Positions 39,838-49,175 of a stretch of 55,231 bases of DNA are shown one piece after another. The DNA comes from Chthonomonadales bacterium (GTDB taxonomy: Bacteria > Armatimonadota > Chthonomonadetes > Chthonomonadales > Chthonomonadaceae), in assembly GCA_038217285.1 (NCBI GenBank), contig JBBQPO010000004.1, positions 1 to 55,231 on the forward strand, written 5' to 3'. Under the pieces are notes generated by a model. The model was not told where the DNA came from. It searched no databases and was given only the letters and a program-made list of their open reading frames with translations. The translations under genes and the position numbers were made by a program. How positions within the stretch are numbered: position 1 is the first letter of the stretch; every line of letters starts with the position of its first letter.

Positions 39838-40809
39838 ATGTCGGCAGAAACAGACGCAGGGCTTCTCGCACTGCAGAGCGGCGATGCCAATGGGGCGATC
39901 GCCCAACTGGAAAAAGCCATCGCCGCCGATCCCAACGACTATCAGGCGCACCAGTACCTTGGCGCAGCCTACGGGCAGACGGGCCGGCAGATGGATGCGG
40001 TCACGACGCTGACGCAGGCCGTCACCCTGCAGCCCTCCAACGCCCAGGCCCGGTACAACCTGGCGATCGCCTACGAAGGCGCAGGCTACCAGGAGCAGGC
40101 GTTGGTGGCGGCGCAACAGGCGCTGCAGCTCCAGCCGGACTATCCCAAAGCGCAGGAAGCAGTCGCGCGCCTCTCGGGCACGCCGACAGCTCCTCCTGCC
40201 TACGGTCAGCCTGCCGCTCCGCAGTATGCTCAGCCCCAACAGCCGACTCCCTCCGGGCAGCCTGCCGCGTATGGGCAACCGGAGCAGCCCGCGCTCTATG
40301 GGCAGCCCCAACAGCCGCAGCACCCTTACGGCCAGCCACAGCAGCCGGCGCCCTATGGCGCTCCGGGTAACTACGGTGTCGCCCCTTATCAGCCCCAGGG
40401 AGCGGCAGCATACGGCGGATCCCCCATGCAAGCCCTCGCCTACAGCGGCGGCATGGACAACACCTCCGGTATGAAAAGCACAGTCCCTCCGGAAGTCGAG
40501 GCACGGGGATGGAACTGGGGCGCTTTCGTTTTCAACTGGATCTGGTGTATGGCGCATGGAATGCCGCTGCTCGGAGTCGGATTGTTGCTCCTGAACTGCA
40601 CGGGGTTGGGCATTGTCGGCTCGATTATCCTCGGAATTCAAGGCAATAAACTCGGCTGGCAGAACCGGCGTTTCGAGAGCGTCGATCATTTCTTCACCGT
40701 GGAGCAGACCTGGGCAAAGTGGGCATTGGGACTTTTCATCTTCTCGATTATCATAGTTGTCCTGGCTGTGCTTTTACCGATCATAACGACCGTCACCCAT
40801 TCGCGATAA
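39838..40809 (+). CDS. TPR + Pro/Gln/Tyr-rich linker + WNWGAF-type (DUF2628-like) membrane domain
   Basis: Paralogous TPR N-terminus; GWNWGAFVFNWIW..GIQGNKLGWQNRRF..QTWAKW. Confidence 0.85.
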   Translation: MSAETDAGLLALQSGDANGAIAQLEKAIAADPNDYQAHQYLGAAYGQTGRQMDAVTTLTQAVTLQPSNAQARYNLAIAYEGAGYQEQALVAAQQALQLQPDYPKAQEAVARLSGTPTAPPAYGQPAAPQYAQPQQPTPSGQPAAYGQPEQPALYGQPQQPQHPYGQPQQPAPYGAPGNYGVAPYQPQGAAAYGGSPMQALAYSGGMDNTSGMKSTVPPEVEARGWNWGAFVFNWIWCMAHGMPLLGVGLLLLNCTGLGIVGSIILGIQGNKLGWQNRRFESVDHFFTVEQTWAKWALGLFIFSIIIVVLAVLLPIITTVTHSR

Positions 40810-40875
40810 CGTCAGCTCTATCCCATCCGGCCCGAAACGTCCGATAGTTTCGGTCGCAGAGAGGTACCATTTTCT

Positions 40876-42525
40876 ATGTCGGCAGAGAGAGACGCAGGGT
40901 TTGCGGCCCTGCAAAACGGTAATGTGGCGGAGGCCATCCCGTATTTAGAGCGGGCCGTCGCCGCAGCGCCCGAGGAGTTTCAGACACTGCTCCATTTAGG
41001 GGCGGCTTACGGGCAGACGGGTCGGCACGCCGATGCCGTCCGAACCGTGATGCAGGCGGTCACACTCCAGCCTTCCAACGCCGCCGCGCGTTATAGCCTG
41101 GCCGTGGCCTATGCCAACGCCGGGCATCAGGAGTATGCCATGACGGCAGCGCAGCAGGCGCTGCAACTGCAGCCGGACGATCCCAGGGCCCAAGAGTTGG
41201 TCGCGCGACTGTCCGGCGCTCCGGCGGCTCCGAACAGCCCGGGGGGCTCCCAATCGTACAGCCAGACGGCCGCTCCGCTCTCTTATGAGCAGGCGGCACC
41301 CCCGAACGCTACGCGACAGCCTGCAGCGCCGACGCCGTATGGTCAGCCTTCGGCCCCTTCCCCGTACGGACAGGCCCAGCCTCCCTCCGCGCCGAACCCG
41401 TCTCCTTACGGCCAGCCGGGACCGACTCCTCCCCCCCTGCAGCCCCAGGCGGGCAGTTATAACCCCGGTCAGACAGCGCCGCCGTCCGGCATGCCCGGCG
41501 CGGCGCCCTATCCGCCGCAGATGGGCGCGGGGAGCAGCTATCAGGGACAGGGCGCTGCTGCCTATGGAGGTTCTCCTGCCGCCACGTACTATACTCCGCC
41601 GCCTCGCCCCGGTGTCGTGCAGATCCCGGACAAGTTCGACATGAAGCAGGCGGTCCGGGACTGGGTTCGGGTCCTCCGGGAGCCGCATGCCTTTTTCCGA
41701 GAGCAGGCGGAGCGCGACGGCTTTAACGCCCCTCTCGCGTTCCTCGTGACTTTCGGCATCGGAGTGGGTATCCTCACCCTCCTCACAGTGATGATCCGAT
41801 TGGTGATCGAGCCTTCCAGCACAGCAAATACGATGGCGCAAATGGGAGTAGGCATCTTCGGCTTCGTCGGCGGCATCACCGGCGCTCTCATGGGCGCGTT
41901 CGTCTGGGGAGGTGTCCTCCACCTGGTCGGTCGCCTGTTCGGCAACCGTCAGCCTTATCAGAAGTCGTTTCGTGTGGCCGCCTATTCCCGCGCACCGCTG
42001 CTGTTCTTCACCGCCTTGACCGCGCTTATCACCCCGTTCCTCATACCGTCTTCCGCATTCACCCCGAGCACGCCGGGGGCGCCGTCGCCATTCGGGCAGA
42101 TGACTCCGGTACAGTTTACCGAGCCGCCGACGACGGGTTTTCCCGGCAGGCGAACCTATAGCACTCCCGGCGGAATGTCGCGGCCGCGCTACGGTGGAAC
42201 GAGTGCACCGAATCCCTTCGACAGTCCAGCTATGAAGAAACTGATGCAAGCCTATATCATCATCGGGCCTATTACATTGGTGGGTATGATCTGGGTCTGG
42301 TGTCTGCAGGCCATCGGGTTGCGGTACGCGCAAAACCTTTCGCCCGGCAGCGCAGCGGGCACGGTTTTTCTCGCGCTTCTGCTGCCCTTCCTGCTGTTGA
42401 TCGCGCTGGGCGTTGTGTTCGGCCTGATCATCGCGGCGGCTATCGGTGCCTCGCACCGCTCGCCCAGCTTTACAGGCGTGCTTTCTCTGATTCGGCCTGG
42501 TCTGGCGGTATGGCGTGGATACTGA
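40876..42525 (+). CDS. TPR + Pro/Gln/Tyr-rich linker + Yip1-like membrane domain
   Basis: Paralogous TPR N-terminus; VLREPHAFF, HLVGRLFG..YQKSFRVAAYS, GLRYAQNLS. Confidence 0.85.
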   Translation: MSAERDAGFAALQNGNVAEAIPYLERAVAAAPEEFQTLLHLGAAYGQTGRHADAVRTVMQAVTLQPSNAAARYSLAVAYANAGHQEYAMTAAQQALQLQPDDPRAQELVARLSGAPAAPNSPGGSQSYSQTAAPLSYEQAAPPNATRQPAAPTPYGQPSAPSPYGQAQPPSAPNPSPYGQPGPTPPPLQPQAGSYNPGQTAPPSGMPGAAPYPPQMGAGSSYQGQGAAAYGGSPAATYYTPPPRPGVVQIPDKFDMKQAVRDWVRVLREPHAFFREQAERDGFNAPLAFLVTFGIGVGILTLLTVMIRLVIEPSSTANTMAQMGVGIFGFVGGITGALMGAFVWGGVLHLVGRLFGNRQPYQKSFRVAAYSRAPLLFFTALTALITPFLIPSSAFTPSTPGAPSPFGQMTPVQFTEPPTTGFPGRRTYSTPGGMSRPRYGGTSAPNPFDSPAMKKLMQAYIIIGPITLVGMIWVWCLQAIGLRYAQNLSPGSAAGTVFLALLLPFLLLIALGVVFGLIIAAAIGASHRSPSFTGVLSLIRPGLAVWRGY

Positions 42526-43924
42526 AACGAGTTTGAAAGAAGGGCCGACCACGCCGCGCCTGCTGCGCTCCGAGCGCTCCATTCATGCTGCCATCGAGAT
42601 CTATGCCCGCTGGCAGGAGGAGCGGGATCGCACGCCTCTGGACAGGGTCGTCGGCGCGGAGTTCCGTTCGCGCCGGTATCTCAACGCGGCCGAACGCCGC
42701 TGGGCTGCCGAAGCCCTCTATGGCAGTGTGCGCTATCTGCGCCGCCAGCGCCGCCTCCTGGAGATCCTGGAGCGGCAGGACAGCCCGGAAACACGCCTGC
42801 GCCTGTGGGCGGAAGCCGATGCCGGTGACGAGACGGTGCTCGCCGCCTTCGCTCGCCTCCCGGACCCACAGACGCCCCGCGACTATCTGCGGATCACCCT
42901 CTCGTTCCCCGACGATATGGCGACGACCCTGGAGACCCTGCTGGGCACGCAGGCCGTCGCCGCCGGCAAGGCTTTCAACGAACAGGCCCCTACGACGCTG
43001 CGCCTGAACCCGCTGCGCGCCGACCGCCAGCGCGTTCGCACCGCGATCCCCGACCTCACGCCGACACAGTTCTCGCCCTGGGGCCTGGAACTGCCGCACC
43101 GCGTCAATATCTACGACCAGCCCGGCTTCCGGGCCGGATGGTACGAGGTACAGGAAGAGGCGAGCCAACTGGCCGCTCTGCTGACGAATGTGCTGCCGGG
43201 CCAGACGGTCGTGGACGTCGGAGCCGGAGCCGGAGGCAAGACGCTGCCGCTGGCCGCCCTGATGGAGAATAAGGGGCGCCTCGTCGCCCTCGACATCGCC
43301 CTCCCACGTCTGGAAGAGCTGCAGGAGCGGGCACACCGCGCCGGGGTCTCGAAGATGGAGATCATCGAGCTGGAAGCCAATGCCGAAGGGGTCTGGCGAC
43401 GCGACGGCGAAGCCCGCAAGGTGTTGCTCGGCCTCAATGGCAGCGCCGACCATGTCCTGCTCGATGCCCCCTGCACCGGCAGCGGCGTGCTGCGGCGCAG
43501 CCCGGATGCGAAATGGCGACTGCACGACCGCCCGGTGCTCGCTCGCCTTCAGCGTACACTGCTGGCCCAGGCGTCGCTGCTGGTCGCCCCCAACGGCTAT
43601 CTGCACTATACCACCTGCTCCTTCGAGCCGGAACAGAACGAACGGATCATCGAGGAGTTCCTGGCGTCGGCGGAAGGCAAGGAGTTCGCGATCGTTCCCG
43701 TCGTCGGACGTCTGATCGCCGCCTGCGGGCGGGCCGAACAGATGGCGAAACAGCCGCCGCGCCGAAATCGGCCTGCCGAGGAAACGACGCCGAAGCCCCC
43801 TGCCCCCACTCCGGAGATGCGACAGCGCTTCGCCGCGCTGACCGATGGCCCCTATCTGCGCACCTGGCCGCACCGCGATGGTCTGGACGCTTTCTTCGGC
43901 GCAACCCTCCAACGCAAAGCATGA
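42515..43924 (+). CDS. RsmB/NOP2-family RNA m5C methyltransferase
   Basis: YEVQEEASQL, VVDVGAGAGGKT, LLDAPCTGSG..RRSPD, YTTCS, DAFF. Confidence 0.9.
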   Translation: MDTETSLKEGPTTPRLLRSERSIHAAIEIYARWQEERDRTPLDRVVGAEFRSRRYLNAAERRWAAEALYGSVRYLRRQRRLLEILERQDSPETRLRLWAEADAGDETVLAAFARLPDPQTPRDYLRITLSFPDDMATTLETLLGTQAVAAGKAFNEQAPTTLRLNPLRADRQRVRTAIPDLTPTQFSPWGLELPHRVNIYDQPGFRAGWYEVQEEASQLAALLTNVLPGQTVVDVGAGAGGKTLPLAALMENKGRLVALDIALPRLEELQERAHRAGVSKMEIIELEANAEGVWRRDGEARKVLLGLNGSADHVLLDAPCTGSGVLRRSPDAKWRLHDRPVLARLQRTLLAQASLLVAPNGYLHYTTCSFEPEQNERIIEEFLASAEGKEFAIVPVVGRLIAACGRAEQMAKQPPRRNRPAEETTPKPPAPTPEMRQRFAALTDGPYLRTWPHRDGLDAFFGATLQRKA

Positions 43925-44661
43925 TCCTTCGCGAACAGGCCGAACAAAACGTACGGGAAGCGCGTATTCTGTATGAGAATGACCAACGGGAAGAGGCGAT
44001 CACACTGCAGCGCCGTGGCGCGCTGCAGTACGCCACGGCCATGCGGGACGAAGAGGAGCCTGCGCCCGAGGCGTGGCGGATTCGCGCTCTGGCCTGCCGC
44101 GACCTGGGCGACTACCTGACGGCGGTCGAAGCCTATTCCGAAGCCGCCACCTACTACCAGGAGGCGACCGACTGCTATACCGCCATAGGCAGCGAAGAGG
44201 GCGAAATCGCGGCGCGCGACTGCGCTGCCAGGGTTCTGTCGGTCGTCGCAGCGCTGCGCGCCCGACCGGAGGAGCGCCTGCATCTTTTAACCGCTCGCTA
44301 TGAGCGGCAGCGACAGCAACTGGCCCTGGAGCCTGCCACAGAAGCATTGCAGGCCGAGTGCTGCGCCCATATCGCCCGAATCTTCCAGCGGCGGGATCGG
44401 CCGGACGAAGCCATCGCGCACTACCTGGAGGCGCTGCGACTCTATGCCCTGACGCCGCAGGACGAGAACGGACTGGCCTGTGCGGAGTGCCATCATCGCC
44501 TTGCCGGCCTTTATGTGGCTGCGCTGGACGAGCCGGAGCAGGCGGCCGGCCACTATGGCGAGGCTATCGCGCTCTATACGGCCTACGAGCCGGTCGTGCA
44601 CGGCGAACAGACGGCGCTCGCCCTGTGCCTGCGTGCGCTGGAAATGCTGAAAGAGCCCTAA
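43921..44661 (+). CDS. TPR-like helical hypothetical protein
   Basis: ATGA overlap with the RsmB-like gene; TPR-like helices (EAATYYQEA, EAIAHYLEAL, AAGHYGEAIALY). Confidence 0.75.
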   Translation: MILREQAEQNVREARILYENDQREEAITLQRRGALQYATAMRDEEEPAPEAWRIRALACRDLGDYLTAVEAYSEAATYYQEATDCYTAIGSEEGEIAARDCAARVLSVVAALRARPEERLHLLTARYERQRQQLALEPATEALQAECCAHIARIFQRRDRPDEAIAHYLEALRLYALTPQDENGLACAECHHRLAGLYVAALDEPEQAAGHYGEAIALYTAYEPVVHGEQTALALCLRALEMLKEP

Positions 44662-44722
44662 ACAGGTTGGCCGCGTCGTCCCCTGGCGTTCTCCTGTCGG
44701 GATGCTGGTTAGAAAGGTCGTT

Positions 44723-45451
44723 ATGTCTGTACCACCCGCGCGTATCTATACGCTGCCGCTTTTTCCGCTGAACCACGTCTTGTTTCCGCAGTTTTTGCTC
44801 CAGCTTCAGGTTTTCGAGGAGCGCTATCTGGCGATGATCGGCGGCTGTATCGAACGCAATGAGCCGTTCGGCGTGGTGCTGATTCGAGAGGGCGACGAGG
44901 TGGGTGCGCCGGCCGTTCCGCACGACATCGGCTGCGTGATGCAGATACAGAAGGTCGAGCATCAGGACGACGGTCGGATGCATCTGATCGCCGCCGCCAG
45001 CGGACGCTTCCGCATTCTGGAGTATATGGAGGCGGATCTGCCCTATCTGCTGGGGCGGGTCGAGGACGTGGCCGATCTGCCGGAATCGCGCGAGGGCCTG
45101 GAAGAGACCGTCACAGAACTCACCACGCTGTTTCGCCGCTATCTCGGCCTGCTGGCGGATCGGGCGCGGACAGTGCAGCCCGAACTCGAACTCCCGACCG
45201 ATCCTTCGCTGTTGTCGTTCTGCGTGGCCTATATCATTCAGGTTCCGCTAATGGTGCATCAGCACATGCTCGAAACCACCGACGCGGGAGCGCGCATCGC
45301 CGAGGAGCTGGAATATCTCCGCGAGCACGTCGCCTCCCTGGAGACGGAACGCGAAGAGCTGGAAGAGGAGTTGCGTCGCGCCACCACCTATCTCCCCCTG
45401 GAGCCCGCCGCCGACCGCTGGAAAGAGTACGGCGTCGAGTCCCGGAACTAG
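44723..45451 (+). CDS. Stand-alone Lon protease N-terminal (substrate-binding) domain protein
   Basis: LPLFPLNHVLFP, VFEERY, FGVVLIREG, DGRM..GRFRI; no AAA+ or protease domain. Confidence 0.9.
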   Translation: MSVPPARIYTLPLFPLNHVLFPQFLLQLQVFEERYLAMIGGCIERNEPFGVVLIREGDEVGAPAVPHDIGCVMQIQKVEHQDDGRMHLIAAASGRFRILEYMEADLPYLLGRVEDVADLPESREGLEETVTELTTLFRRYLGLLADRARTVQPELELPTDPSLLSFCVAYIIQVPLMVHQHMLETTDAGARIAEELEYLREHVASLETEREELEEELRRATTYLPLEPAADRWKEYGVESRN

Positions 45452-45512
45452 ATCCTCCGCTTTAAATGACTATGTGCTGGGTATAGACACGGGTACGAAA
45501 GGAGGGGCAAAC

Positions 45513-45776
45513 ATGGCGCAGGCAACACTGACCCAAGTCCTGAGCGAGATCAAGACGCTGGAAGCGGACGAACTACGGGAAGTGGAACGCACGGTGCGGC
45601 AACTTCTGGCTACTCCGGAAAAAGCAGCGGAGCGGGAGGCGGTGCTTCGTGTATTGCAGGACTCGGGACTGGTGAAAGAGGTCAAAAGGCCGCCCATGGA
45701 CGCGGATCGCGAACGCCCGCTCATTTCGATTCAGGGCAAGCCGCTCTCGGAAACGATCATCGAGGAACGGGTATAG
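45513..45776 (+). CDS. Putative antitoxin (VapB-like)
   Basis: Small gene overlapping the PIN gene by 1 nt; C-terminal GKPLSETIIEER typical of such antitoxins; GGAGG SD. Confidence 0.75.
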   Translation: MAQATLTQVLSEIKTLEADELREVERTVRQLLATPEKAAEREAVLRVLQDSGLVKEVKRPPMDADRERPLISIQGKPLSETIIEERV

Positions 45777-46240
45777 TGGCAATCTACTATCCCGATTCCA
45801 GCGCACTCTGCAAACGCTATGTCGCGGAAGTCGGCTCGGCGTGGTTGAGAGCATTACTTGCGCCAACGACGGGATGCACGGTGGTCATCGGGCGCATGAC
45901 GACCGTGGAAATCATCGCGGCCCTCTCCCGCCGGGAACGCGCAGGTTCGCTCACGTCTGCGGATGCAACACTGGCCCGCGCCGACTTCCGCTCCGACTTG
46001 TCTCACGAGTATCAGGTCGTGGAAATAACCGAGACAATTGCCGATTATGCCATGCAATTGGCAGAGACACACAAACTACGTGGCTACGATGCAGTGCAAC
46101 TTGCAGCGGCATTGAGTGTGAATACGCAGTTGCTTGCCGCCGCACAATCACCGCTCATTTTAATCTCGGCAGACGCGGAATTGAACGCCGCTGCATCTGA
46201 CGAAGGGCTGCACGTCGAAGATCCCAATACGCATCCCTGA
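45776..46240 (+). CDS. vapC: PIN-domain toxin (VapC family)
   Basis: DSSALCKRY..E.GS, VEIIAAL, LRGYDAVQLAAAL, SAD.EL..AA..EGL.V.DP. Confidence 0.9.
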   Translation: MAIYYPDSSALCKRYVAEVGSAWLRALLAPTTGCTVVIGRMTTVEIIAALSRRERAGSLTSADATLARADFRSDLSHEYQVVEITETIADYAMQLAETHKLRGYDAVQLAAALSVNTQLLAAAQSPLILISADAELNAAASDEGLHVEDPNTHP

Positions 46241-46293
46241 CGAAAGGTCGGGCTGGGTGTCCTTGACGAGCGGTCTTCCGGCGGCATCGTAGG

Positions 46294-46788
46294 TCAGGTA
46301 GGCATATCAACTGACCGGCCAGAATGGTGTTCGCCATCAGGATCAGATCGTGGGGTGAGTTGCCACTCTCTGTTATCGTCTACGACAAAGTTCCTTGTGT
46401 CGATGTGATAATCTTCCGGCCCGAAGAGTTCCTCCCACATCCAAACAAAGAAAAGGCGGGAAGGTGTGGGAGGATCAAAGGAGAAATTAGTATCTCCGAC
46501 AACACTGTCAAATAAATCTTGTGTCCCGGCAAGAGGCTTGTCCTGATTTAGATAATATTGAAGACTATTCTTCATGATCTGCTGGCTGGTCTCATCCCAC
46601 CACTTATGGAACCACGGCACGATGAAGGGACGAATGACCGCCTCCTTGACTTCGATGGAATTGTTACCATTCAAGCTTTGGAAATTCAGTTCTGGATACT
46701 CATCCTCTGCGTCTGCGTAACGTCTTATAGCGGACATAAGGTCGTTGAGAAAGCTATTGCTAACGTATGTCAGGTGGTTTGTGTCCAT
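46294..46788 (-). CDS. Hypothetical acidic protein, lower GC
   Basis: 164-aa ORF, AT-richer than its neighbours, rich in aromatic and acidic residues. Confidence 0.65.
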   Translation of the reverse strand: MDTNHLTYVSNSFLNDLMSAIRRYADAEDEYPELNFQSLNGNNSIEVKEAVIRPFIVPWFHKWWDETSQQIMKNSLQYYLNQDKPLAGTQDLFDSVVGDTNFSFDPPTPSRLFFVWMWEELFGPEDYHIDTRNFVVDDNREWQLTPRSDPDGEHHSGRSVDMPT

Positions 46789-46846
46789 AAGAATACTCGA
46801 TGCTTAACGTCAATAGAATGAAAGACTATTCTTTCGACAACAACGT

Positions 46847-47731
46847 TCAGGGGCGTTGGAGTTCATTCCACAACCCGCGATAACAGCGTAGAAAGACGAC
46901 GCCGTCTTCCGGCTTTACGGAGGTGCCGACTTCGCAGAGGGTGAAGCGGTCGTAGTTGGTCTGGTGGAACAGGCTGAACAGTTCGCGATAGGGATAGCTC
47001 TCGTCCCACAGGTCGTTGATATGGCACGACTTGATGTCCGGGCGCAGCAGATCGAAGTAGGTCTTGACGGAGCCGTTCACGATGTCGCCTTTGTTGGAGT
47101 TCCAGCAGGCGCCTACTTTGGGGTGTTTGCAGTCGTCGAGGATCGTGCGGATGTGGGGCGGATGCGAGGTGCCGCCGCCGTGTACTTCCAGCCATATCTC
47201 GGTACCGTGCGCCTCCGCTGCGCCGCCGCACTCCCGTAAGGCGGTCCCGATCTGCGCCAACGTCTTCTCGACGGGAACCCCTTCCGGCAGTCCGTTGGGC
47301 CGCACCTTGACGCCGTGCGCGCCGACATCCTCGGCCAGTTGACACCAGCGCTTGCACTCCTCGACGTTCGTCCGCACGACCGCCGGATCCGTCGCGTGAA
47401 ACTCGCAGGTCGTGCCGAGGCCCCAGAGCGTCAGGCCGGCATCGGCGAAGCGCTGGCGGACCTCCTTGCGTTTGGCGGCGTCCAGCGCGATCTCCACCCC
47501 GTGCGCGTGCTGTGTCCGCAGCTCCACGCCCTCCAGGCCCGCCTTCTTCACATGGTCCACGAGCGTCGGCAGATCCCAGTCTTTGGCAACGTTGTAAGTA
47601 ATGGTTCCGAGTTTCATTTTGCGTGGTTTCTCCTGAAAAGTGGGCGCCGCATCGGCAGGCAGGGCGACTGCCAGGGCCAGCGCCGAGGCTCCGCCCACGA
47701 TCATCTCTCGTCTCGATAAAGGTTGTGACAT
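46847..47731 (-). CDS. Tat-exported sugar phosphate isomerase/epimerase (TIM barrel)
   Basis: SRREMI Tat motif; GLEGVELR, WLEVHG, CHINDL. Confidence 0.85.
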   Translation of the reverse strand: MSQPLSRREMIVGGASALALAVALPADAAPTFQEKPRKMKLGTITYNVAKDWDLPTLVDHVKKAGLEGVELRTQHAHGVEIALDAAKRKEVRQRFADAGLTLWGLGTTCEFHATDPAVVRTNVEECKRWCQLAEDVGAHGVKVRPNGLPEGVPVEKTLAQIGTALRECGGAAEAHGTEIWLEVHGGGTSHPPHIRTILDDCKHPKVGACWNSNKGDIVNGSVKTYFDLLRPDIKSCHINDLWDESYPYRELFSLFHQTNYDRFTLCEVGTSVKPEDGVVFLRCYRGLWNELQRP

Positions 47732-47743
47732 CCTCTTTTTGTC

Positions 47744-49135
47744 CTATTCCGGCAGGGGTTTGCCCTTTGTCTCCGGGGCGAGCCATAGGCCGATAAAACC
47801 GACGCCATAGATACAGGCGATGATACTCGCGGCGATTCGCAGTCCGGCGGTCTCATCGATGGGGCTGGCATATCTTTTGGCGAGGCTGCCGAGCGCGAAC
47901 GGGGCCAGAGCCGCGAAGAACCGGGCGCAGTTGTAACAGAAGCCTATGCCGGTGGCGCGCAGTCGGGTCGGATAGAGCTCTGGAAAGTAGACCGCATAGG
48001 CGGAAAAGGGGGCGAGGGCGCAGAAGCCGAGCGGGAAGGCCAGCAGATAGGCGCTGGGCACATCGTGCAGGAAGTGGAACGTGGCCTGCACCGCCAGGAA
48101 GGCCAGAATGAAGAAGAGGAAGAGAGCCGGTTTGCGGCCGGTCTTCTGGCTCAGGGCGGCATAGGAGAACATGCCGAAGAACGCCCCGATGTTCTGCACG
48201 ATGGAGGCTTTGCTCTTGTAGGCGTTGAGCAGGGTCTTGACGGCCTTGTCGTGTTCAAGGCCATGCAAGGCGGTGATCTCCGGCCACTTCAGGACAACCG
48301 GTTTCAGCGCGGTCTGCACCAGATCGGGCAGGAAGAAGCCGACGCCCCAGAGCCCGCCCACCCCGGCCAGCGCCAGCAAGACCCCTGCGATCGTATTGCG
48401 GCGCAGCACCGGTTCGCGCCAGAGCGAGAGAATGTTGCCGAGCTCCTGCGGCCTGTCCTGGCTGACAGCGGCGTCGCGCGCCTGCTGCCAGCGTTCGGGC
48501 TCTCGCACGGAGCCGCGTATCCAGAGGACGAGGAGGGCCGGAGCCGCCCCGACGGCGTAGGCGATACGCCAACTGGAGGCGCTCAGCACCAGCGTGATCA
48601 GCGCGGCCATGATGTTGCCGATGGCGGAGGAGGCCTGGAGCGTACCGAGCGCCATGGCGCGCGAGCGGGCCGGCCAGACCTCCGCGACAAGCGCCGTCCC
48701 GGCAGCGAACTCACCCCCAACACCCAACGCGGTGAGGAAGCGACACGCGGCGTACTGCCAGAAGGTGTGAACCAGGGCGTTGAGGCCGGTGAAGAGGGCG
48801 TAGATGCAGATGGTGGCGATCATGGTGCGGGTGCGGCCCAGGCGATCGCCGAGGATGCCGAAGATGAAGCCGCCGGTCGCCCAGCCCAGGAGGAAGATCG
48901 CGGTCAGTTGCGCACCCGCCGCCTTGGCGGCGGCGTCCAGGGCGGACGCAGCGTAGTGCGGCTTGAGCAGTTCGGTGACGGAGGACTGCCGCACGAGGTT
49001 GAACAGGTTCTGGTCCATGGTGTCGAACAGCCAGCCCAGCGCAGCCAGCGCCAGCACGACCCAGGCGTATCTCGGCACATCCTGAAACCAGTAGCGTCGC
49101 TCCGTCGCGGCCGCCTCGTCGCTTCCGTTCGTCAT
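47744..49135 (-). CDS. MFS transporter
   Basis: GWLFDTMD, GILGDRLGRTR motif A, GVGGEFAAG, ELYPTRLRATG, PETKGKPL. Confidence 0.93.
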   Translation of the reverse strand: MTNGSDEAAATERRYWFQDVPRYAWVVLALAALGWLFDTMDQNLFNLVRQSSVTELLKPHYAASALDAAAKAAGAQLTAIFLLGWATGGFIFGILGDRLGRTRTMIATICIYALFTGLNALVHTFWQYAACRFLTALGVGGEFAAGTALVAEVWPARSRAMALGTLQASSAIGNIMAALITLVLSASSWRIAYAVGAAPALLVLWIRGSVREPERWQQARDAAVSQDRPQELGNILSLWREPVLRRNTIAGVLLALAGVGGLWGVGFFLPDLVQTALKPVVLKWPEITALHGLEHDKAVKTLLNAYKSKASIVQNIGAFFGMFSYAALSQKTGRKPALFLFFILAFLAVQATFHFLHDVPSAYLLAFPLGFCALAPFSAYAVYFPELYPTRLRATGIGFCYNCARFFAALAPFALGSLAKRYASPIDETAGLRIAASIIACIYGVGFIGLWLAPETKGKPLPE

Positions 49136-49175
49136 GGCTTACTTCGTCCTTCCCCGTCCTGCCTTGTCGAACGGG

